Shown: positions 38,400-51,480 of the stretch, one piece after another
How the letters are laid out: each line of letters opens with the position of its first letter
How positions within the stretch are numbered: the stretch's first letter is position 1
Assembly (NCBI GenBank): GCA_976551045.1
Contig: CDPCPM010000278.1
Location: 2,728,001-2,792,000 of the forward strand
Length of the DNA: 64,000 bases
Reading direction: 5' to 3'
DNA from: Glaucostegus cemiculus
Lineage: Eukaryota
Position numbers and translations under genes: made by a program
Notes under the pieces: generated by a model
What the model saw: the letters and a program-made list of their open reading frames with translations, nothing else
Told to the model about the DNA's origin: nothing
The model's database searches: none

Positions 38400-39780
38400 A
38401 ACAGAATCAGGTTTATTATCACTGACGCATGTTGGGAAATTTGTTGCTTAGCGGCAGCAGTACAATGCCATACATTATTGACGTAAAAATGACTATGTCA
38501 CAAAAAAAAATAAATAGCGCAAAAGAGGAATAATGAGGTAGTGTTCATGGGTTCACGGACTGTTCAGAAATCTGACAGCAGAGGTGAAGAAGCTGATGCA
38601 TCACAGCTTGGTACGGCAACTGCTCTGCTCGTGACTGCAAGAAACTGCAGATAGTTGTGGACACAGCCGAGCGCATTAAAGACCCCACCCACCTGAGACA
38701 TTCTCTCTTCTCTCCTCTTCCATCAGGTAGAAGATACAGGAGCCTGAAGGCACGTACCACCAGACTTAAGGACAGCTTCTACCCCACTATGATGAGACTA
38801 TTGAACAGTTCCCTTATACAATGAGATGGTCTATAACCTCATGATCTACCTTGTTGTGATGTCGCACCTTATTGCACTGCACTTTCTCTGTATCTGTGAC
38901 ACCTTACCCTGTACTGTTATTGGTTTTACCTGTACTACCTCAATGCATTCTGTACTGACTCAATGTAACTGCACTGTGTAATGAATTGACCTGTACAACC
39001 GGTTTGTAAGACAAGCTTTTCACTGTACCTCGGTACAAGTGACAATAATAAACTAATACCAATACCATAAACCAACCTCCCCTCCATGGACTCTTGTCTA
39101 TACTTCTTGCTGCCTCTGTAAAGCAGCCAGCATAATTAAAGACCCCACCAACCAGGGACATTCTCTCTTCTGTCCTTTCCTATCAGGCAGAAGATGCAAA
39201 AGCCTGAAAGCACATACCACTAGGCTCAAGGACAGCTTCTATCCCACTGTAATAAGACTATTGAATGGTTCCCTAGTACAATAAGATGAACTCCTTACCT
39301 CATAGTCTACCTCATTATGACCTTGCATCCTATTGTCTACCTGCACTGCACTTTCTCTGTAGTTCTGCAGTCTGTATTTTTTTTTACCGTGTACAACCTC
39401 ATTGCACTGTGTAATGAATTAATCTGTATGAATGGTATGTAACATAAGTTTTTCACTGCACCTTGGTAGAAGTGACAATAATAAACCAATTCCAATTCCT
39501 GAAACGTTGAGAGTGGGTCTTCAGGCACCTGTACCTCCTCCCCAATGGTAGTAACGTGAAGAGGACATGTCCCAGGTCCTTAATGATGGATGCTGCCTTC
39601 TTGAGGCACTGCCTCTTGAAGATGTCCTCAGTGAAGGTCATGCCAGTGATGGAGCTGGCTGAGTCTACAACCCTCTGCAGCCTCTTTTGATCCTCCATAC
39701 CAGGTGGTGGTGATGCAACCAGTCAGAGTGCTCTCCACTGTATATCTGTAGAAATTTTGCAAGAGTCTTTGGTGACTTCT
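38400..39780. mobile_element. Minus-strand Rex1-type LINE split by two tandem plus-strand Rex1-type 3' ends (about 38596-39065 and 39070-39495)
   Basis: The minus element breaks at AAGAAGCTG (38595) and resumes at TTCCTGAAAC (39496); the uninterrupted junction is visible near 50740. Each inserted unit ends in TTTCACTG...GTGACAATAATAAAC. Confidence 0.8.
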
Positions 39781-40399
39781 GGTACATCATCTCATAATGG
39801 GAAGGGATTATGGGGTGGGTCACAGAAGAAGGATGCAATGCACTGTCTACTTATCCTGGATCACATGCAGAGGAATGGGAAGCCAATGCTGAAAAGACAG
39901 TCATATGGCATGCACGGTTGCAGTTATGTCCCTAACGAATGACTGGCATGTCAGGCACATTGATAAAGAGCCACAGACTATTGCCTTGAATGTAATCTTC
40001 AGTTGTTCAACAACATTTGTTATCCACAGTTTCCCACAGTCGCGCGCTGAAGCACATTTAGCCTTTCAGCAAGCGAGTCTGAACTGAGACATTTTTCAGC
40101 TGTCTGACTGTCCAATGATTGTCCAGCTTTGCCAAGAATGCAATGACTTCTCAGCTGTTGGCTTCTCCTTGACTTTTCCCTCAGTTTTTACAAAATCAGA
40201 GTCAATATTTATAGTCTGTTGAAATAATGGAAAGGGGAAATGATTGCTTCCTGAAACTGTCTGCTTGGCAATCCAGCATTCTAATTTCCAAAAATTGTAT
40301 TGTTAAATACTGCAATTAAAATTTATCTTCCTACTGGATTTGCAAACACACCAATTGCATCAAGCACATTCGTCCCCGTATCATGCTGGCCTGAAAAAA

Positions 40400-40640
40400 T
40401 AGAGACTCAAGAGACTGCAGATCCTGGAATCTGGAGCTAAAAGCAAACACCTGGAGGAACTCAGTGGGTCAAGCAGCATCTGTGGGGAAAAAGGAATTGT
40501 TGATGTTTCAGGTTGAGACCTTGCATCAGGACTAGAGGGAGGACCACCAGTATAAAGAAATTGTGGGGTTGCTGAGGGGTGAGTGAGACAGGGGCCAGAT
40601 CCTGGTAGGTGATGAGTGTGGCCTAGCCAGTGTTTGTGGG
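40400..40640 (-). mobile_element. Penelope-type terminal repeat with hammerhead-like remnant
   Basis: Same repeat as 24935-25150. Minus strand 40497-40533 reads AGTC-CTGATGC-AAGGTCTCAACCT-GAAA-CATC. Confidence 0.65.
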
Positions 40641-42769
40641 CAGGTTGTGAAGTGTATTGTGGTAGGAGCTGTTTGTACAGAGGTTTTATGTGAAGGATCA
40701 CACCATGTTGATACAGAGGGTTTGATGCCCCTAATTTAAGCTGGCAAATATATTTTCCTTTCCCAAACCCTACTGTAACAGGTTTGAAGCAAGCAGGGTC
40801 TCAATGCTGGTGTGAATAGGTCTCAGTATCTTTTCCCTCCCCACATGTCACCCCACTGTCACCACCCTGCTTCAAACCATTGCCACCATTGTGGATGCAA
40901 CAATAATCCTAGTCCCACTGTTGGACTTGGATGTGTGGCAGCCACACTGTAGTTATGATGGCCTGGATTCTGCAGAGAAACCTGTTGGTGTTTACCAGTA
41001 TCATGCTGTGTAACTGAGAGCAGTCTCTGCATTTCCAGGTACACACATGCAAACAGGGAACGCCTGACATTGCCGGCGGCTGGTTGTGGTCATTCTCCAA
41101 CTCTGCTGCAGCACTAGAGTCATCATGGAATCCAGCAAGAGAATCCAAAGTCACAGCATTTCCTCAGCTCTTACAACAGGGGAATCCTACTGCAAATCAG
41201 ATCACTGTTTCTTATGATTTCAATGGAGGGGAAGGCACCAGGGTAAAGAACAGTTAACTCAGATTTTTAACAATTATTAAAGTGTATCTAAAAGGTTTTG
41301 TAATTTAAGCTTTTATTTCTTAAAATTAAATCTAATTATTTTAATATTTTTATCAGTTAGAATGGTTCTTATAGTTTTGCGTGTTTCCAACATTCAGAAA
41401 AGTTCAGTGCAACAACATGGTTGACAGTTCTAGCTAAGTTAAAGCTCCAGCATTTTTCAGCCTCTGTGTGAGACTTGTCCTGGCCCCACCCACATGATGG
41501 AGTTATATCACAATAGGTATTGCTGATGCTCTGGGCTTTAGACTGTAGGCTCAGGATGAAAGTACTTCAGCCAGGTAATAAGGAACTTTATTCCAAGGTT
41601 GGCAATGAGTGCAGGCAACTTGCATCTAACCAGAAATTCTTGGCCAGAGAGGACCCTGGGGACATTGGACATGGGACCAGGACTGGATAGTGACCATCCA
41701 GACCAAATAAAGGTGGGTGGTCATCTTAGCAGATCCAGTCTTCATCCACTCCAAGGGAAACATATGAGAGTATACACCAGACAGCTGGTATAGCCATTCG
41801 CTGTCAGATCTGGCTGGACCCCATAAATCACGACTCCACACTGTTCTCGTCCTCAAAATCTTGACTCCAGCTTGTTGCCTTTACCACAGATTGTCTTCTT
41901 ATACATGGGCTCCTCCCCACTTGAAGATAAATGTGCTCCTCCAAATCTGGCCTCTTGTGCATTGGTGATTTATATTACTGTTCCATTGGCAGGTATACTT
42001 CAGCTGTCTGCACCCTGAGCTCTGGAATTCTCTCCTAAATCTCTTCTTGACATCTAGGGCTTTTGGCATTGGACCATGGAGCAACACTGTGGGAAGTTAC
42101 ACCATCCTTTTGCAGAACTCCCAAAGTATCCTGTTTCTGTATTGTCAGCAAAGCTATGCCACTCCATAAGAGAAGAAAATAATTTTCCAATAGGATTTTG
42201 CAGTTATTCAGAAATATTCTTCCTCTACTCACCAAGCCATAGGTTACACATTTCTTGATCCATCCTGGCACACTTGGGATGGTTTTAGTTTGTTGTTCCA
42301 GTCACACCTTCTAATTGTTCTGTTGAACTGTCATATATGTATTTCAGTATACCTAGGATCACCATAGAGATCCTGACTGAAAGCATGTAATGTTTATCAA
42401 CAGGAAAGTAAAGGTCATAGAGAGAGTGCTAAGCTACATCTCCTAACAACAGCCCTGTATCCAATGCTGTGTTTTTTTAAATTACTCTACTATGGGACAT
42501 GGACATCATTGGCAAGGGAGCCATTTTCACCCATCCTTAATCGCCCTTGTGAAGGTTTTTGATGTAACTGTTACAACAGTTCAAGACATCTCTTTAGCCA
42601 ACTATACTTTCCAAGTATTGTGACACTAAGGCATGGCCAGAGATCTTCAGCTGCCATAGCTCACAAACATCAAGCAGCTAACCTGCACTCAGGTGCCAGA
42701 GAGTAAGGAAAGAATAGTTGCTTTTCACTAATTCCTTTTAATACTCATCAATGGAATAGACAAAGGCGC

Positions 42770-44170
42770 AGCAAATAGGAGCAGGAGTAGGCCAACCAGA
42801 CAACAAACCCACTGCATCATTCAATCATCACGATTGATCTTCCATCTCAATATCATATTCCCACTCCCTTACTGTACCCTTTGATACAATTTGACTCTAA
42901 AACCTTATCTGTCTCTACTCACATATAATCAGCGACGTGGCCTCTACAGCCCTCTGTGCTAGTAAATTCCACAGGTTCACCACCCTGGTAAATGAAGAAA
43001 CTTCTCTTCCACTCGATCCTAAATCATGCAGTCATAGAATGGTTACAACCCATTACGAGGTCATTCAGCCCATCGTGTCTCTCCAGAGCAACTCTTCAGT
43101 TTCACACATTTTCTCCATAGCCTTCAAAAATTTCCCATGCAATATACTTATCCAGTTCTCTCTTGAGGGTCACAGTGGAAATGACCTTCAACCCATCTGT
43201 AGGCAGTGCATTTCAGATTCCAACTACATGCTGTGTAAAACAAAGAGTTTTCTCATGTCACTCCTAACTCTTTACCCCTTTGTTTGAAAACCGTGACGTC
43301 TAGCCTGTGATCTCTCCACCAACAGGAACAGCCTCCCATTATTCATACTGTCTAGACTCCTTGACATTTTATATACATGTCAAATCTACCATCAGCCTTC
43401 TATTTTCCAGAGATAATATTCCCAGACTGTCTAATTTATTCTTGGAATTCAGTCCCTTATCCGAGGACCATTCTGGTACACATTTTCTGGACACTGTATG
43501 GCCTTCACAACCAGAATTCAATACAATGCTGCCAAGTTTTGCATCATCTGCAAATTTAGAAATTGTGGTTTGCACCCTGGATTCTAGGTCATTAATAAAT
43601 GGCCCTAAACCCAATCCCGGGAGACACCACTACTCACCTTCCTCCAGTCCATAAGGCAATCATTCACCACAACCTGCTGTTGTCTTTTGCTTAGCCAATT
43701 TGTATCCATACTCTCAATATCTCTTTTATGCCACATGCTTCAACTTTGCTGATAAGCCTGTCATGTGGAACCTCATCAAAAGCCTCCTGGAAGTCCATGA
43801 CATCACATCAGTTGCATTACCCTCATCAGCTCCATCTGCTACCATAAAATACTATCAAGTTTGTTAAATATGATTTTCCCTTTACAAGCCTGCGTTGGTT
43901 TATCTTCACTAATGCATCAGGCGACTGTTAATTCAAGATCAAGTCAAGTTTATTGTCATATGCACAAGTACATATATGCATAGGTGCAATGAAAAACTTA
44001 TTTGCAGCAACATCACAGGCACATAGCATTAGAGACACAACATTCACAAGAGAATTTATGTTTCTACAAGCTTTTCCAAGACCAAGGTTAAATTGATTGG
44101 CCTGTAGTTGCTGGGTTTACCCTTATTCCCTTTTTTTGAACAACAGAGGAACATTTACTACTCTCCACTC
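42770..44170 (-). mobile_element. Decayed CR1 fragments with a short Rex1-type tail inserted at about 43935-44055
   Basis: ORF 43369-43614 FINDLESRVQTTISKFADDAKLG (RT core) and CR1 tails. TCAAGTCAAGTTTATTGTC tail matches 31070-31190. Confidence 0.7.
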
Positions 44171-44369
44171 CTTTCAGATGGACATTAAAGATCCCATAGC
44201 AATATCTGAAGAAGAGCAGGGGGGAGTAGGGGCTTAGTCCCAGTCCTGACATATATTTATCCTACATAGAACGTTATCTGTTGTCATGTTGCTGTTTGCC
44301 AGACTTGCTATGTGCCAGCTGGTTGCAGTGTTTCCCATATTGCAACAATGATTTCAGAAGACCTTAGAT

Positions 44370-44730
44370 TCATAGAGTTGTACAGCATGGAAACAAGCCC
44401 TTTTTCCCATTGAGTCTGTGCTGATCATCAGCCACCTATTTACATTAATCCTACATTAATCCTATTTTTTTTATTCTGCCCACATACCCATCAACTCCCC
44501 CCCTAGATCCCACAGCTCACATACACTCCAGGACCAATTTAGAGTGGCCAGTTAACCTACCAACCCACACATCTCTGGGATGTAGAAGAGAACTGGAGCG
44601 CCCAATGTAAACCCATGCAGTCATGGGGAGAACGTGTAAACTCCACACAGACAACATCCGAGGTCAGGATTGGACCTGGGTCTCTGACACTGTGAGGCAG
44701 AAGCTCCACTAGCTGCACCACAGTGCTGCC
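44370..44730 (-). mobile_element. HE1-like V-SINE with CR1-type tail
   Basis: tRNA-like head (GGGCAGCACTGTGGTGCAGCTAGTGG on the minus strand), V-domain remnant and CR1-like 3' tail. Related to 47655-47985. Confidence 0.7.
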
Positions 44731-44994
44731 CTTATGACTGTAAAAACAGCTGTGAGTTCTTGTTCTTTACCTCAGGACCACTATCAATGCAGAACTGTGT
44801 CGACACTGTAGAAGTGGCAAACCCGCTGAGCCAAGCAGCCACTCACCACTATATAATTGCTGGTGGTCTGTTTCAGAGTGATATTGGTGGAGGATGCCTA
44901 ACAGGTCAATTTCCTATCTGCTTTCTGGGTGAGAAAGAAAAAGCATCTTTCACAACTACCACAGCAGCACAGTCCAGTCCATCCCATAAGCTTT

Positions 44995-46235
44995 TCAGAA
45001 TCAGTTTTATTGTCACAACCATATACATACATAGTATGCATAGGAGCGAGATACCGTCCTCCTCAGGTGCTCGTCCCATAAAAATAACATAACAACCAAC
45101 AGAGACACACATACACACTTGGCAGAATACACATTACAAAACATTACACATTAGAAGCTATGGAGGTTAAAATTAAATTATTACGCAGATTAAATTAAAA
45201 ATGGCCAGTAAATAAATAAATAGTTATTAAAGTGAACGGGCTGGTGTCGGGCATTTAAAGTGCTGGTGCATTTCTGTGCACCTAGCATCTCTTAGTGTTA
45301 ACAAAGGAAGATGGAGGGATGAGAGAGTTTGCAGTTCTGATGGCTTGCGGAAAGAAGCTATTGTTCAGCCTGGTCGTTCTTGCCCTGATACATTTAAGCC
45401 TCCTCCCTGATGGCAAAATTGTGAAGAGGTGGTGGGAGGGGTGAGAAGGGTCGGCCATTATGCTTTTGGTCTTCCTCACACAATGGTCTCTGTATATGTC
45501 TGCGAGGGATGGAAGCGAGACACCTATGATCCACTCCGCAGCCCTAACTATCTTCTGGAGGGACTTCCGCCCAGCAGCTGAGCAGCTTCCAAACCAAACA
45601 GTGATACATTGAGTTAGGATGCTCTCAATGGTCCCCCTGTAGAAGGATTTCATGACGGAGGAATGGGGGTACGCTTTCCCCAGTCTCCGCAGGAAGTAGG
45701 GGCGTTTCTGAGCCTTCTTCGTGAGGGCCGTAATATTAGTGGACCAGGTCAGGTCGTCGGTGATGTGCACCCCCAGGAACTTGGTGCTGCGTACTTGTTC
45801 CACAGCAGACCTGTTGATGGTCAGCGGGGCGTGCACACGGTGACCCCTCCTAAAATCCACTATCATCTCCTTGGTTTTATCCACATTCAAGGAGAGGTTG
45901 TTGTCATGGCACCACACGGCTAGTTGTTTCACCTCCTCTCTGTAGTCCAACTCATCGTCATTCGTGACAAGACCCACCACTGTCGTGTCATCGGCAAATT
46001 TAACAATGCGGTTGGAGCTGAATCTGGCCTCACAGTCGTGGGTCAACAAGGTGAACAGGAGCGGACTGAGCACACAACCCTGAGGGGAGCCAGTGCTCAG
46101 TGTGATGGTGCTTGAGGTGTTTTCACCAATTTTGACTGACTGCAGCCTGCAAGTTAGAAAATCCAGTGTCCATTTGCAGAGAGGAGAGTTAATGCCCAGA
46201 GAGCTGAACTTCCTGATAAGCTGTTGCGGTCCGAG
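44995..46235 (-). mobile_element. Rex1/Babar-clade LINE, RT core to 3' end (same family as 30010-30860)
   Basis: Open 263-aa ORF 45282-46073 ([13 protein letters not shown]...[11 protein letters not shown]...KFLGVHI), preceded in frame by GSPQGCV. 3' UTR alignable to the 30 kb copy. Confidence 0.92.
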
Positions 46236-47654
46236 GTGGTTTAGTCAGTCCGAGGTGGTGGAGCGATATCACACTCCTTGTATTAACTTTTATTTTCCAG
46301 CAAAAGGATGCACAGAGAGAGATGAGTTCTGATATGAAGAAAAGAAAAACTTCCATTAAGTAGTGTGAAATGTAATCAATGTTGTACTGTAGGAAGGTTG
46401 GCAGTAAATGTGCACACACTATGTTTCTATAACTAACAGATAACCTGTTTTTAGTAAGGGATAAATAATTGACATTGACTTTGAAATAGTGTCATGGAAT
46501 CTTTAAGACCACCTCTAAAGATGGAACCCAGATTTAATGCCCAGTCTGAATAATGACACTTCCTACTGTGCAGCACTCCTTTGCTACTGCACTGGAGAGT
46601 CAGCCAGGAATTATTGTTCACTGTTCTCAGCTTCGCCCACTAAGTGATGGCTGTCACCTCAGATGAAATGACGTACAATGTGAAATGAACGAGGAAAATG
46701 AGAGCCTTGTTTTAACAAAGACCAGGCTTGGAATCAGCAGGTCTAAACTATGTTGGCCCAAAGACCTCAAGTTGGAAATAAACACAAAGCCAAATAATTG
46801 CGGTGGCAGTGTATCATATTTATTATAATTCAGTAGGAGTGCCAACAATATGCTGTAACATATTATTCTTTAAGACAACTCAGAATAACTTCTTAAGCCA
46901 AAGGCACTCTAATATTCTAGTATAAATAGCTCAGCATAATTTACGAGCTGTAATGAGAATTTCCATTGCATTAAGCCAAAAAGAAAACTTGCCTCAGATT
47001 ACAGCTCACATCTGCAGAGCATGAACCGCATAAAAGTTCTGATTCTGCCTCTGCCCCTGGTAATTGTAGAGCAGGATGATGACTAGCAATGTTTCGGCTT
47101 AAACATGTTATTTTTTGCAATCATGGAAATGCGTGCGCATGCGCACGCGGGCACACACACTGTTGTTGCTGTGCCAGTGCTAGCTCTCCAATTACTCTAA
47201 TCCCTTTCTCTACATTCTTTCTGTGATGGTTTTTCAAACAGTTATTCAGTTCTCTATTAAGTGATGTTTCTGCCTTTGTTTCTGCCTCGGCAGCCACATG
47301 GTAAAACATTCCATTTCCAAGGACTCTGATTGAAAAGGATTCTTCCAGTGTCCTTTATTCTTTCAGGAATAATCGTCAGTCTATCCCACTTCATTACCAT
47401 CGTGCTAACCAGTGGAAACTATTTACCACTAATTATCCCCTTAAAACCTCTTAAAATGTTGAAGATGTTCTGTTGGATCTCTATTAACTCTCTCAGTTCC
47501 AGCAAAAGTAAAGGTTTCCAAAAAAAAATGTATGTCCCCATTCCACAGCCAATATCTACCATTTGATATACATTACTATAATCAGATCATCTGGTCCTTT
47601 ATCATACTGTATCTGTGGGAACTGGCTTTCATTCTTTCTCTCAGTGAATCATTG

Positions 47655-47985
47655 TGGCACTATGGCGTAATTAGTAGAGCTGCTGCCTCACAGCGCCAGA
47701 GACCAAGGTTCAATCCTGCCCTCAGGTGTTGACTGTGTGGAGTTTGCTTGTTCTCCCTGTGACCATGTGAGTTTCCTCTGGTTTTCTCCCACAACCCAAA
47801 AATATATGGGTCGGTAGGTTAATTTGCCACTGTAAATTGCCCCTAGTTTGTAGATAAGTGGTAGAGTCTGGAGGGAGTTGAGGAAAATGTGGAGAGAATA
47901 ACATGTGGGATTAATGTAGGATTAGTGTAAAATGGGTGATCGGTGGTCGATAGATGGGCCAAAGGGACATGCTATTATCTCTTTA
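47655..47985 (+). mobile_element. HE1-like V-SINE
   Basis: GGCACTATGGCGTAATTAGTAGAGCTGCTGCCTCACAGCGCCAGAGACCAAGGTTCAATCCTG (tRNA head with B box), V-domain, and GGGCCAAAGGG CR1-type tail. Confidence 0.8.
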
Positions 47986-48149
47986 AGATTCCAAGACTAT
48001 CAGAAAAATTATCTTGGGACCCTTCAATTTCCTGATATCTTTCTGTCATTGGAATGCCCTGTAACAGTGCCCCATCTGTGACCTAACAGTTCATCTTATA
48101 GGAGTCCAAGATTACTCCCTTCCTTTTGTAGTTACTCTGTATAATATGT

Positions 48150-49450
48150 TACTACATTGCAATACAGTGACAAGAGGTCCTTGCTGTGTCTGGGCAAAGT
48201 AACTTGGATACTGGGGGAAAAGTGCAATGCAGGGAAAAGTGATTCAGCTCCACTTAACACATCTCTCTTGATTTTCATTATCCTTGACCCTAGAGATAGG
48301 GTTGTTAGGGGTGTTGTGCTCTCGTTCTGCAGGATAAGCATGGCTTCCATATGCTCCTGTCATGGAGACTTGAGGTACTCAGTGTATTTCCAGGTGCTCT
48401 TTCTTCATCTTGAGCAGTTATGCATCAGGGATTGCCATAAGTGGTGGGGATGTTCCATCTTTGAAACTGGCTTGAAGAACATCCTTGTAGTGTTTTCTCT
48501 GTCCTCCTGCAAACCTCTCATTGTGGCAGAGCTTGAGGTAAAGTATTCATTCATGAGTCTGGTGTCAGGACAATATGGGCACCCACCCAGCTGGTTGAGT
48601 TTGGACTTTGCATGTGACTGCATGGATTTTCACCATGTGCTCTGGATCCCTCCCACATCACAAAGATGTGTAGGTTTTTAGGTTATTTGGCCACTGAGAA
48701 TTGCCTTTGGTGTGTAAGTGAGTGGTGGAATCTGGGGGGCAATTGAGAATGTGGGGAGAATAACATAGAATTAGTGTGGAGTTAGCCTAAATGAATCTGT
48801 GATTGTTGGCACAGGCTCAGTGCACCAAAGAGCCTGTTTCTGTGGCTCGATGACACCGTTAATGGGACAGGTTGATGGGAACAACAGATTAGGTTAGGCA
48901 GTGGTCAATCCAGTGGTTGTTGACTCCTGTCATGGTGTGATTGATGCAGACATCCTTGCAGCCCTCGCTTGGACAGTGTTGTAATGTAGCAGATTTCAAT
49001 GTGTGAATCAGGGATGTTCCCATGAGGCTTTGTATTTGTTTCTCTGATGGAACAAAGTGTTGAATATGACAAAACCGCATTCCAAGTATTTACAAGAAGA
49101 CGTCTCCGTTGAAGTTAGCTTTCCCAGCTTGTCAGTTGTACCCTTCTGGAGATCCTTTCCGACTTTGGCATTGAAGTTGCCAAGGAGATCAGTTTGCCTC
49201 AGGCCAGGGATTGCTGAAGCTTGGATTAGGATTTCTCTTTGGTCTTTTTCATTGCCTCCAGCTTGGCCACATACAGTCTGATAACCATGGCTTGCTGGTT
49301 CTATGTTAGGGTGAGCTAGAAGATCATCACTTGTCCCAGAGAGTGAGTTGCTCAGACACAAAATGAGCCCAGTCTTGATGGTGAAGGCAATCTCATGAAG
49401 ATGACATTCCTATTCTGGTTTTCCCTTCCAATATATCCACCACCTTGTTT
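48150..49450 (-). mobile_element. Decayed RTE-clade LINE fragments, with an HE1-like SINE piece at about 48630-48850
   Basis: ORF 49008-49361 LLGNFNAKVG...VIFNTLFHQRNKYKASWEHP has RTE endonuclease GDFNAxVG / NT.F / SW.HP motifs. Confidence 0.7.
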
Positions 49451-50557
49451 TCTGAGCTGACCACCTCCTGCTGGTCTCACCATACAGCTCCCTGCCTCAA
49501 CCACCATACCATTTGTTGGGAGTGCTGTCCTCCTACAGCCAGGTGGAAAGGGAACAAGACTACTGAGATGTTGGTGTAACAACCCTTTTCACATCTCCAA
49601 TATTTCTATAACTAATAAAGGGAAAATTAACAAGGAAAACCAAAATTTAATTTTTCTTCTGGGTTACAAGCACCAATTTCCCAGAGCATAATCCCTAATG
49701 GTTTAGAATAGAAAATCTAGGATAATCCAGGATTGTTGGTCATGTACTAATCCTGTTGCTACTTGCCCAGGAGTTCATACTGTTTTGAGCTATCAGGTGA
49801 GACTTCCATCTTTCATCTGATATACACAACTATAGTGCTTTGTAGGCCAAGGGCCAAATCCAGGTAATTGATGGAAAAAGTTACAAGAAAGCAAACTCTG
49901 AGCTCATCATTTCAGAGTTTATATAAATTGATAATATTGAAAAAATGGCACTGAGCTTGAAGTATTGGAGATGAACATTTTCAGTGTTGCTATGAAATGT
50001 TGGTACTGGTACATGCTTACTAAGTGTTTCAATGCAGTCTTGGCCAGTCAGCCATTACCATGACTCCAGGTGCCAAAATTTGGCCCAGACTTTTAATAAC
50101 CCCTGATTAAGTGAGAGCTGCAAATCCACTGTGGGAACCAAAAACCATCTTTGTATAGTTGGTAACTGAGAAAAGAAGGTTTAGGAGAAAACAAAGAAGT
50201 TATTTTATAAGGAATAGCCTCATTGATTGACTGGTTTGAGTCTGTGCTGCAAATCATACATAATTCAAATTAAACAGAAGAATTTGTATAATTAGGTGAC
50301 TCCACCAACAAGCACAACTTAACATGAGACAATTAGAGGTTTGGTTTTGGAAGAATGGTTAATCTAATGCAGTGGGTAGGTAAATATTATTTAAATTACA
50401 ATGATTTAAATGTAGGATATCCTAGCCAAGATTTATCCCTCAATCAACATTTCTGAAAAAAAAGCATATTATCTGGCAATTATAGCATTGCTGTCTGTGA
50501 AAGCTTGCTGTGTTTAAGATTGGCTACTGTGTTTCCTATATTTATAACAATGACTAC

Positions 50558-51480
50558 AGAATCAGAATCATATTTATTATCACTGACATACGACATGAAA
50601 TTTGTTTTGCGGCAGCAATACAGTGCAAAGACAAAAAATCTATAAGATACAAAAATAAATAAATAGTACAAAACAGAAGGAATAGCGAGGTAGTGTTCAT
50701 GGGTTCATGGACCATTGAAAATCTGATGACAGAGAGGAAGAAGCTCTTCCTAAATCATTGAGTGTGGGTCTTCAGGCTCCTCTACCTCCTTCCTGATGGT
50801 ATAATGAGAAGAGGGCATGTCCCGGATGGTGAGGGTTCTTGATGATAGATGCCACCTTTTTGAGGCACTGCCTCTTGGAGATGTCCTCAATGGTGGGGAG
50901 GGTTGTGCCCATGATGGAGCTGGCTGAGTCTACAACCCTCTGCAACCTCTTTCGATCCTGTATATTGAAGGCTTTATACCAGGCAGTGATGCAACCAGTC
51001 AGAATGCTCTCCACCGTACATCTATAGACATTTGTAAGAGTCTTTGGTGACATACCAAGTCTCCTCAAACTCCTAACAAAGTAGAGCTGCTGGCATGCCT
51101 TCTTTGTGATTGCATTGATGCATTTGGCCCAGGATAGATCCTCTGAGATGTTAACACCCAGGAACTTGAAGCTGCTCATCCTTTCCACCGCTGATGGACT
51201 GGTGTGTGTTCTCCCAACTTCCCCTTCCTGAAGTCCACAATCAGCTCCTTGAACTTGCTGGCATTGAGTGCAAGGTTGTTGTTGTGACACCACTGAACCA
51301 GCTAATCTGTCTCACCCCTGTACATCTCTTCGTCACCATCTGAAATTCTACCAGTAAGAATGGTGTCACCGGCCAATTTATAGATGGCATTTGAGCTGTG
51401 CTTAGCCACACAGTCATGAGTGTAGAGAGAGCAGAGCAGTGTGCTAAGCACTCATCCTTGAGGTGTGCCTGTGTTGATAG
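50558..51480 (-). mobile_element. Rex1/Babar-type LINE 3' part
   Basis: ORF 50772-51293 SSFKFLGVNISEDLSW...YRCTVESILTGCITAWY. (AGAATC)n tail at about 50558. Confidence 0.88.

Noticed and set aside
45282-46073. 263-aa ORF as a host gene
   Set aside because: It is the RT core and C-terminus of a 5'-truncated Rex1/Babar LINE, with a repeat tail and a second copy at 30 kb.
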